Positions 40,201 through 47,252 of a stretch of 64,000 bases of DNA are shown here, in pieces. Each line of letters opens with the position of its first letter. Position 1 is the stretch's first letter. Position numbers and translations under genes: made by a program. The DNA is from an uncultured virus (IMG/VR IMGVR_UViG_3300032050_000023) (taxonomy: Duplodnaviria > Heunggongvirae > Uroviricota > Caudoviricetes): IMG/VR virus record IMGVR_UViG_3300032050_000023; one strand, written 5' to 3'. Under the pieces are notes generated by a model that had not been told where the DNA came from, did no database searches, and saw only the letters and a program-made list of their open reading frames with translations.

Positions 40201-40602
40201 ACTTCCAGATGGAGTAACCGCACTTAAACAATATGGGTTAATTGTTGTTGGGTCAACGTTCGCACTAGTTGTAATAGACCAAGAAGGACCAGCGTCGTAT
40301 CCTGATAGACCTAATATTCTTGAGACAAAAAGTTGATTTGATTGTTGTAAATAAGATTTAGCAATATATGCTGCTTCATATTTAGGTATTTGGGTGTTAA
40401 CGAATTTTTCTGGAGATGTTCCCCCAAAGTAAGATTGGAATTCTTCGTAGTTTCTAATAAAAATAGGTTCGAAAGCCGGTCCTTTCAGGGTTTCTCCAGC
40501 AATCCCAAGAGTAGTAACACCAACACTTTGTGCTACAAAACTCAAATCTACTTCAGAAGTATAGACACCTGGTGAAACAAAAATTTTACTATTAGTTGCC
40601 AT
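37270..40602 (-). CDS. Tail sheath protein (T4 gp18-like, 1110 aa, with insertions)
   Basis: SPGVYTSEVDLS N-terminus; YYPWV, PWFAAAGYTRG, INPI, VIWGNKTLQ..SALDRINVRRLL, IKPTRSLEFI. Confidence 0.93.
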   Translation of the reverse strand: MATNSKIFVSPGVYTSEVDLSFVAQSVGVTTLGIAGETLKGPAFEPIFIRNYEEFQSYFGGTSPEKFVNTQIPKYEAAYIAKSYLQQSNQLFVSRILGLSGYDAGPSWSITTSANVDPTTINPYCLSAVTPSGSCEPVCILPKTIPFTVEFTGCTNGVSSVIFESFPDEIEVLLNEQYEQFNGNTSTLLSDLQFFAYQRILNPATEETSIAYFGSIDGDDYDILSSGYTASTNVFNVPSPSASLTDFTSPFNDTWYYALFENIGNAEYSGFSFWSVVSGLTNINPITTSTTTPAPTPEPTPNPCITPTPVVPTTTTTTTVVDCFSGTMIGMIYVYSGMAYTNYDDLVVATLRSRGISTYSDENNPRYEITGITDVTMDCTGQYESVLKNPFAKFAINATNYLGNNFTFVTSFSTSDSEYISKVFGGNNFGKPRNVVPLFVEERFQTMLRWAYNKGYIRGLKCDLISLPEAQSEDPTSIGWYLERYQSPESPWVVSEVRGSKVYNLFKFYTISDGNSANTEVKISISDISFANETFTVLVRDYYDTDSNPVVLEKYTNCSMNPQENNFIAKKVGTLDGEFELKSRYIMVEMNEDAPIDALPCGFEGYNFREYSGGKSPFPIFKTKYDFPGELVFNPPFGTPSGTDDAGLSSGDNIRKTFLGFSTSADYGYDPSFFEYVGKRNPSNICFATESSPWLYRTRGFHMDKNASGITISNGFSTSGEPRFYVGSADFSSEPVVDTNPYYRLFARKFTLLVQGGFDGWDIYRERRTNEDKYVLGRTGYLNGACATTRYPNAVGWGAFKQISVGDGTTDYANTDYYAYLLGIRTFSNPEAVNINLFVTPGIDYVNNSNLVESTIEMIETERADSLYITTTPDYNLLLPTTTGADGLIYPQEAVDNLEETGIDSNYTATYYPWVLTRDSVNNTQIYIPPTAEVTRNLALTDNIAFPWFAAAGYTRGIVNSIKARKKLTQEDRDVLYLGRINPIATFSDVGTVIWGNKTLQVRESALDRINVRRLLLQARKLISAVSVRLLFDQNDEKVRQDFLNAVNPILDGIRRDRGLYDFRVTVSNDTADLDRNQMTGKIYIKPTRSLEFIDITFYITPTGASFEDV

Positions 40603-40641
40603 AATTTTTTAGTTTAATTTATTATTATATTTTATTTTATA

Positions 40642-40728
40642 TATAAATACCCAAGATTTAGGCAAAAACTTTACTTCTAACAAACTATTTATATCTTGGT
40701 ATGATTTTATTCTGCCTTTTTTCTACCT
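40642..40728. promoter_or_regulatory. Divergent control region: back-to-back TATTTATA motifs plus TT(C/T)T(G/A)CCT operator-like boxes
   Basis: TATAAATA at 40642-40649 (sheath), TATTTATA at 40686-40693 (RHH gene); TTCTGCCT at 40710, TTCTACCT at 40721, inverted AGGCAAAA at 40660. Confidence 0.55.
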
Positions 40729-40890
40729 ATGGAAAAAGATTCAAAAAAAATAAAAAATTTGAAGATTTCTGTTGATGCTCACGATACTTTAAAAAAATAT
40801 TGTGACAAAAGAGGTATTAAAATGTACAAGTTTTTAGAAAACTTAATTTATGAAAAGTGTAAAGAAAAAAAAGATATTTACGGTGAATAA
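40729..40890 (+). CDS. Small ribbon-helix-helix-like DNA-binding protein (53 aa; not in ORF track)
   Basis: MEKDSKKIKNLKISVDAHDTLKKYCDKRGIKMYKFLENLIYEKCKEKKDIYGE: alternating beta strand KNLKIS, helix, G turn, second helix. Confidence 0.7.
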   Translation: MEKDSKKIKNLKISVDAHDTLKKYCDKRGIKMYKFLENLIYEKCKEKKDIYGE

Positions 40891-41922
40891 TTAAATTAAC
40901 TTTTGTTGGAAAACTAATACAGAATCTTTGGTAATATCATCTTTGATAATATCTATTCTCAGATTGTCACTTGTATTAATTTGTATTTCAGAAATATCTT
41001 GACCATAAAAGTCATCATTAATATAAACCTCATAAGAATCTACGTTATTTATTTCAGAAACTTTTAAGTCAGTAGTGTAATAAATTATATCGGATTTGGA
41101 ATCTGACCCTACACTGAATTTGAAAGTAAAATCCAACGGTTCTTCAGGATTTTTCTTTTTTCTTTTCTTTTTTATCGATTCATCAACCTCATACATTTGT
41201 ATTGTTCTGACAATAGCAGGTTGTACTTCAAACTCGTCCTCATCTAATAATATCCCTTGTAAAGTCATTGGGTATTTTTGCATATAAAACTTTCTTTTTT
41301 CTAAATCTAATACTGATTCGTCAGAAGCGTCACTCATTATAATCGGAAGATAATGACCTTTTATATTTTGATACGCTTGTCTTGATGCAAACGTCTGCAT
41401 TATCTTTTTATTAAACTCATTTATTTCTCTCATTCTATTACAAATTATTATAACAGTATAATTTATTTGTACTGGTATTGGTTGAGGTATTTTATAAACG
41501 TCTAATCCATGTCTTTGACCGTCCCAAGTTGGTACTTGAGCATAATGATATAGTCTTCTATTTGGTATATTATATTTTATTGATGGTTCTCCGAATTTAA
41601 CTTCTGGTTGTCTGACTACTGTAATAAAAGGAGGTTCGGCATTTTTATCAATATTTTGGAAGTCCCAAGTTTCAGTGAATTGAGACCAATTTTGTGTTGT
41701 TATCAAAATATCTATCATCGGGATTTTTTTCCCATCAACCGTTACTGTAAAATTTTCATTTACAAAATCTAAAAACCCTCTATCTAAATCGGCATGTAAT
41801 AGTCCTTTTGGTAAAAACGTACCTTTCTCCATTATCATATCCGTCAATTCATGTCTCCTTTCCAATGGACCGACAGGAAATTTGAGTGATATATTCTTTT
41901 TTATTTTTTTCGGTAAACCCAT
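40891..41922 (-). CDS. Tail terminator / head-tail joining protein (gp15-like)
   Basis: PIPVQINYTVIIICNRMREINEFNKKIM; position between neck and sheath genes. Confidence 0.5.
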   Translation of the reverse strand: MGLPKKIKKNISLKFPVGPLERRHELTDMIMEKGTFLPKGLLHADLDRGFLDFVNENFTVTVDGKKIPMIDILITTQNWSQFTETWDFQNIDKNAEPPFITVVRQPEVKFGEPSIKYNIPNRRLYHYAQVPTWDGQRHGLDVYKIPQPIPVQINYTVIIICNRMREINEFNKKIMQTFASRQAYQNIKGHYLPIIMSDASDESVLDLEKRKFYMQKYPMTLQGILLDEDEFEVQPAIVRTIQMYEVDESIKKKRKKKNPEEPLDFTFKFSVGSDSKSDIIYYTTDLKVSEINNVDSYEVYINDDFYGQDISEIQINTSDNLRIDIIKDDITKDSVLVFQQKLI

Positions 41923-41925
41923 ATT

Positions 41926-42438
41926 TTACAATCCTCTAAATTCGTTAGAACTAACTGGGGATGCTATTATAGTTCTATAAAAAGGTTTATAACCTTTATA
42001 ATTATGTTTTATGTCTGACACTACCCTACCATCATTTACAACGGTGTAATACCTAACAAAATTTTCAGTTTCATAATAACCAATGTAATCACCAAAACTA
42101 ATATCAATATTTAATTCTTCCAATGTCTTTAAGTACACTGAAACTGTAATATTACCTGGTTCAACTTGGTCAACTCTAGATGACCCCAACATTTTATTTT
42201 CGGGAGCGGCAATACCAATGTACGCATTAAACTCAACAGGTGGTAAATATATTATACCATCAGTAAGGGTTTCCCCATATACATCATCCTTTTTAGTTTT
42301 TGTCCTATCAACTCTATAAAGAACACAAGTGTAATTCATATCACCTATTAACCACTCTTGACCCATTCCAATTTCTAAATTGAAGTCGTTATCACCAAAA
42401 AACTTACCAAGTCTCGTTATAGGAACTTTATTGTTCAT
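41926..42438 (-). CDS. Neck / head-closure protein (gp14-like)
   Basis: LYRVDRTKTKKDDVYGE...GDYIGY; neck-gene context. Confidence 0.55.
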   Translation of the reverse strand: MNNKVPITRLGKFFGDNDFNLEIGMGQEWLIGDMNYTCVLYRVDRTKTKKDDVYGETLTDGIIYLPPVEFNAYIGIAAPENKMLGSSRVDQVEPGNITVSVYLKTLEELNIDISFGDYIGYYETENFVRYYTVVNDGRVVSDIKHNYKGYKPFYRTIIASPVSSNEFRGL

Positions 42439-42449
42439 GAAGTATTTTC

Positions 42450-44252
42450 TTGATAAATATCTTTTTTATTATTATTTTTTATCTAAAATTGGTTTTGGAC
42501 AATATTAAACCTCTCATAGAACATCAAGCTTTAGAAATATTAGACACCTATTCTGGTGCAAATAACTATATTTTATCTTTGAGACAAAAAAAGGAATCAA
42601 ATAAAAAATTTTACCCAACAAGGACACAATCAGACTACATTAATAATTACCATACTGTAACACCAAAAGTTGCTCGTAAATGGGTTGAGTTAGATACATA
42701 TTTTGCAAAAAAGTTTGCGGAAGAAAAATATCTTTTACAGACTCCTGAAAAAATATATATAGAAAAGTTATTAGTAGAAAAAGAAAAATCATATCACATT
42801 TGGGGAAAATTTTTCGAAAAGGACGTACTATCTGAATTTTGGGTGCCTAAATCGGCATTGATTAAATCTCACACAATTGAGAAAGTTGAGATTGATTATT
42901 CTAAATATGAACATCGTCCTCCACTTTCACACCAAAAAGAAGCGATAGAAAAATTGGTTGGTTCTCGTAGATTTATATTAGCCGATGATATGGGACTTGG
43001 TAAGACCACATCTACAATTATTGCCGCTTTAGAAACAGGAGCAAAAAAGATTTTAATTATTTGTCCCGCATCACTTAAAATCAACTGGCAAAGGGAGATT
43101 GAGAACTACTCAGATAGGAGTGTGTTTATTTCAGAAGGAAAAAAGTTTTCAACTGAGTCAGATTTTGTTATAGTAAATTATGATATTTTAAAAAATTTCC
43201 ATGATTTAAAAGACAGTGAAAATTCTTTATTAAATCAATCCGACTTTGAACTTGTAATATTAGATGAAGCACATATGGTGTCTAATGCTCAGGCGCAAAG
43301 AACAAAAATAATTAATCACTTTGTTAAAAAAATTAAAAGAGTTTGGTTATTAACAGGAACACCGATGACTTCTCGACCAATGAACTATTATAATCTTTTG
43401 AGTATCATCGAAAGTCCCGTCGCACAGAATTGGATGGCTTATGCTATCCGATACTGTCAGGGATATCAGTTTAAGGCGGGGAATAGAAAGGTATGGAACG
43501 TTCAAGGGGCATCAAATCTTGAGGAATTAAAAGATAGAACTTCAAAACAAATACTTCGTAGATTAAAAGAAGAGGTGTTGGATTTACCTGATAAAATCAT
43601 AACTCCTGTTTATTTGAGAACCTCATCAAAAGAATATAAAGATTTAATGGGTGAGTATTACGAATGGTTAGATAATCGTAAAGAAGAATCGTCATCACTT
43701 ACCATTCAGTTTTCTAAACTTATGAAAGTAAGAAAGGTAATTGCAAATGAAAAAGTAAGACAAACAATTGAATTTGCCGAAAATATTATAGAACAAGGAA
43801 AGAAAGTCATTATTTTTACAAACTTTACAGACACTCTACAATTAATCCATAATCATTTTGGTAAACAGTCAGTTTATTTAGATGGGAGTTGTAATAAAGT
43901 TCAAAGACAATATGCGGTAGATCAATTCCAAGATAATGAAAAAATTAAAGTTTTTGTTGGTAATTTGAAAGCGGCAGGTGTTGGACTTACGTTGACGGCA
44001 GCTGAAGTTGTTATTATGAATGACTTATCTTTTGTTCCCGCAGAACACGCACAAGCAGAAGATAGAGCTTATAGATATGGACAAAAAAATAATGTATTAG
44101 TTTATTATCCTATATTTGAGAACACAATAGAAGGTGCAATATATGACATACTAAATAAGAAGAAGAAAATCATAGGAACTGTAATGGGGGATGAAGTTTC
44201 TGACTCAATAGATGTCGTAGAAGAAATTTTAAATTTAATTAATTTACGTTAA
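42450..44252 (+). CDS. SNF2-family (SMARCAL1/HARP-like) helicase; true start probably downstream of 42450 (about 42495)
   Basis: ILADDMGLGKT, ICPASLKINW, ILDEAH, LTGTP, GVGLTLTAA, QAEDRAYRYGQ. Confidence 0.9.
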   Translation: MINIFFIIIFYLKLVLDNIKPLIEHQALEILDTYSGANNYILSLRQKKESNKKFYPTRTQSDYINNYHTVTPKVARKWVELDTYFAKKFAEEKYLLQTPEKIYIEKLLVEKEKSYHIWGKFFEKDVLSEFWVPKSALIKSHTIEKVEIDYSKYEHRPPLSHQKEAIEKLVGSRRFILADDMGLGKTTSTIIAALETGAKKILIICPASLKINWQREIENYSDRSVFISEGKKFSTESDFVIVNYDILKNFHDLKDSENSLLNQSDFELVILDEAHMVSNAQAQRTKIINHFVKKIKRVWLLTGTPMTSRPMNYYNLLSIIESPVAQNWMAYAIRYCQGYQFKAGNRKVWNVQGASNLEELKDRTSKQILRRLKEEVLDLPDKIITPVYLRTSSKEYKDLMGEYYEWLDNRKEESSSLTIQFSKLMKVRKVIANEKVRQTIEFAENIIEQGKKVIIFTNFTDTLQLIHNHFGKQSVYLDGSCNKVQRQYAVDQFQDNEKIKVFVGNLKAAGVGLTLTAAEVVIMNDLSFVPAEHAQAEDRAYRYGQKNNVLVYYPIFENTIEGAIYDILNKKKKIIGTVMGDEVSDSIDVVEEILNLINLR

Positions 44253-44293
44253 TTTTTTTTAAATGATTATACTATTTATAATAAAAAATTGTT

Positions 44294-44596
44294 ATGAATA
44301 GATTGAACGAAAGAAAATTAGAAAGACTTTTAAGAAGAATAGTTAAAGAAGAGGAAGTAAATTTATCGGCAGATGTTGAGTTACTAAAAACTCACAGTAA
44401 CATACCTGGATGTGACCCAGAAAGATTGGACTTCCAAAAATGTTCAACAGAAGCATTTAAAACTTTACCAGCACCTGAGTTTGTAAAATTGTTTGAAAAA
44501 TTATCTCAACAATCAGATGAACCATTAGAAAACCCAATGGATTCAATGGGTGAAATGTCAGAGTCTCGAAGAAGATATTATAGAAATAGATACTAA
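44294..44596 (+). CDS. Hypothetical protein (100 aa)
   Basis: ORF preceded by TATTTATA; N-terminal LNERKLERLLRRIVKEE. Confidence 0.7.
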   Translation: MNRLNERKLERLLRRIVKEEEVNLSADVELLKTHSNIPGCDPERLDFQKCSTEAFKTLPAPEFVKLFEKLSQQSDEPLENPMDSMGEMSESRRRYYRNRY

Positions 44597-44621
44597 AATC
44601 TGTTATTAAACCAAAACAACT

Positions 44622-44645
44622 AACCTCGTCTAACGAGGTTTTTTT
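44622..44645 (+). terminator. Intrinsic terminator
   Basis: AACCTCGT-cta-ACGAGGTT-TTTTT. Confidence 0.75.
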
Positions 44646-44667
44646 GTTTAAAGAATATTTATCATTA

Positions 44668-45762
44668 ATGAATGTTACTTTTAAAAATATAAAATGTAAG
44701 TTAAATACAAAACAAAAAAATCTATTTAAAGATTTTTGTAAATTTTTACAAAAAAACTATGGTTTAAAAGATGATTTAATAATTTCATTTGTTGGTGAAC
44801 GTATCGGTAAAATGACAACTGGTAGTCAACACGTAAAAAAAGGAATTAAAATACTAATTAATAATAGAATGAATAGAGACATTCTGAGAACTATGGCTCA
44901 CGAATGGATTCATGTATATCAAAGAAATGTATTAGGGAGAGAAAGAGGTCCAGACATTGGTGGAAAAAATGAAAACGAAGCAAATGCATTAGCTGGTTCT
45001 CTTTTAAAAAAATTTGAATCAAAAAATCCTAACATGGATGGAATAATTTATGAAGAGGTTAAACCAATACAAAATAAAATAAATTTATTACAAGAGCAAA
45101 TATTATTAATAGATGGGGAAAAATTAAGGAATGAATTTATAAATGAAATGAAAAAAATAGGAATAGAAAAATTACCTTATTCATATTCATCATTAAGAAA
45201 TTTTGTTGACCCAAAAACAATGAACATACATTATAATAAACATTATAAGGGTTATGTAAAAAAATTAAACGATGCTTTATCGGATAAAAAATATGGTGAT
45301 TTAGAATTAGAAGAAATTATTTTATCGGTTAGTAAATATGATGATGTTGTAAGAAATAATGCTGGAGGTGCTTTTAATCACGCTCTGTTTTGGAAAATGT
45401 TATCACCAAAAAAACAAGTCCCTAAAAAAGAGATTCTTGAAAAGATTAATAAGGATTTCGGTAATATTAAAAAAATGAAAGATGAGTTCAACGAAGAGTC
45501 CAAAAAAAGGTTTGGTTCAGGATGGTGTTGGTTGATAATTACAAAAAATAAAAAATTAAAAATTATATCCACACCAAATCAAGACAATCCTCTGATGAAT
45601 ATTATAAAAGGAGGGGGATATCCTGTCTTGGGACTTGATTTATGGGAACACGCATATTATTTAAAATACCAAAATAAAAGAGATGAATATATCAAAAACT
45701 TTTGGAATCATGTAAATTGGGATTTTGTTAATGAACTATTTTTGTCCCGAATAGATAATTGA
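44668..45762 (+). CDS. Fe/Mn superoxide dismutase fused to an N-terminal HExxH metallopeptidase-like domain
   Basis: SOD ligands in HYNKHYKGY, FNHALFW and DLWEHAYY; N-terminal LRTMAHEWIH...ENEANALAG; ATG at 44668 just after TATTTAT. Confidence 0.85.
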   Translation: MNVTFKNIKCKLNTKQKNLFKDFCKFLQKNYGLKDDLIISFVGERIGKMTTGSQHVKKGIKILINNRMNRDILRTMAHEWIHVYQRNVLGRERGPDIGGKNENEANALAGSLLKKFESKNPNMDGIIYEEVKPIQNKINLLQEQILLIDGEKLRNEFINEMKKIGIEKLPYSYSSLRNFVDPKTMNIHYNKHYKGYVKKLNDALSDKKYGDLELEEIILSVSKYDDVVRNNAGGAFNHALFWKMLSPKKQVPKKEILEKINKDFGNIKKMKDEFNEESKKRFGSGWCWLIITKNKKLKIISTPNQDNPLMNIIKGGGYPVLGLDLWEHAYYLKYQNKRDEYIKNFWNHVNWDFVNELFLSRIDN

Positions 45763-45786
45763 AATATTTATATAAAAACAATCATT

Positions 45787-46911
45787 ATGTCTATTATAAG
45801 CAATGAAGAAAGAGAAAAACTCTACAAAAGAGTAAGACACGTATTGGGTGCTCCACTTAGGTCAGTTGAATTAGAAGATGAGCAACTTGACACTCTTTTG
45901 GAATTCTCCATTGAGGACTATTCGCAATACATACAAGAATGGTTGACTGAAAGTCAATGGACAAGTTTATGGGGATTAAACGTTGAAACCCAATCTTTAA
46001 CAAATGCCTTCATGACTAAAAGTTTGGATTACGAAACAAGATATACTTATGCGTATTCAAAAATTGTAGGTTTGCAAGCCGGAGGTGATTGGGTACTAAA
46101 AAAAGATTATATTCAATTAGAACGAGGACAACAAATTTATGAGATACCTGCGGGTCGAGAATTAAACGAATTGTTGTGGTTTACTCCACCAGAAATGAAT
46201 AACCTTCTGTTCGATCCTTGGGCCTTTGGAGGTATTGCTGGTGGTGGTATATCAGGACCTGCAGGATACGCACAAGTTGGTAACGTGTCAGGTAGTTATT
46301 TCTTAATGCCAGCATTTGATATGTTGTTGAGAATGCAAGAAATAAATATACAAAAAAGAATAATTGCTGGTGACTTAACTTATCGTGTGACCGCACTACC
46401 TAACGGAAAAAAAGGTATACACTTAATGAATACACCTGGAGGTAAATTTGATTTTGGTAACTCAACTTTGATGAAAGGTAAAGTTTGGTATTGGTATTAC
46501 GACACAAACGATGCTGATAGAGATAAATGTTTAAAAGATAATCCTGACATTATAAAACTTCCTTCGGATGTACCTTTTGATAAAATAAGTTGGAACGATT
46601 TAAATAATCCTTCTCAAATTTGGGTTAGAAGATGGTTTGTTGCTTCAGCAAAAGAACTATTATCAAAAGTTAGAGGTAAATTTAGTGGTAATTTGAAAAC
46701 TCCTGATGGTGACCTAACTATGGATTATGCAACTTTAGCAACAGAAGGTAAAGACGAAAAAACTAAATTACTTGAGGAGTTGACAGGAGCTGAAGGAAGA
46801 TTAACAAGACTTAGACCTGATAAAGTTTTAGAAAGAGAGGCATTAATTGCTGAAAATCTTAACAAGACTTTGAAGTTTAGAGCTATGCCAAGACAAATAT
46901 ACGTAATATGA
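45787..46911 (+). CDS. Neck / head-tail adaptor protein (T4 gp13-like)
   Basis: LGAPLRSVELEDEQLD N-terminus; WVRRWFVASAKELLSKVRGKFSG..TPDG. Confidence 0.75.
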   Translation: MSIISNEEREKLYKRVRHVLGAPLRSVELEDEQLDTLLEFSIEDYSQYIQEWLTESQWTSLWGLNVETQSLTNAFMTKSLDYETRYTYAYSKIVGLQAGGDWVLKKDYIQLERGQQIYEIPAGRELNELLWFTPPEMNNLLFDPWAFGGIAGGGISGPAGYAQVGNVSGSYFLMPAFDMLLRMQEINIQKRIIAGDLTYRVTALPNGKKGIHLMNTPGGKFDFGNSTLMKGKVWYWYYDTNDADRDKCLKDNPDIIKLPSDVPFDKISWNDLNNPSQIWVRRWFVASAKELLSKVRGKFSGNLKTPDGDLTMDYATLATEGKDEKTKLLEELTGAEGRLTRLRPDKVLEREALIAENLNKTLKFRAMPRQIYVI

Positions 46912-47252
46912 CAAATATACCACAAAGAAAAAATGTTATTAGGTATCAAAACACAATTGATATTCCTAAAATTGATGACAAGGCGGTTATTATTTCCGCT
47001 AAAGAGTATTGGACTAGAGATGAAAACTTATTAATTGTAAGAGGAGTGGATTCATCCGAAGTTACTTTAAACTCAATTATAACTAAAAGAATAATAATAA
47101 AGTCATTGACTCAAGTTTTAGTTAAATCAGACACAGGTTTAATTGATGAGGAATGGGATGAGCTCCTTTTGGAAAAAGGAGCTTGCGTACAATTTCAGTT
47201 CGTAGAAGGTAATTGGTATATACTATCCTCCGACGGTCTCAAAATGTCTTAA
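46908..47252 (+). CDS. Hypothetical small beta-rich protein (114 aa)
   Basis: Coupled to the neck gene (ATGA-type overlap); ends FVEGNWYILS. Confidence 0.65.
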   Translation: MTNIPQRKNVIRYQNTIDIPKIDDKAVIISAKEYWTRDENLLIVRGVDSSEVTLNSIITKRIIIKSLTQVLVKSDTGLIDEEWDELLLEKGACVQFQFVEGNWYILSSDGLKMS

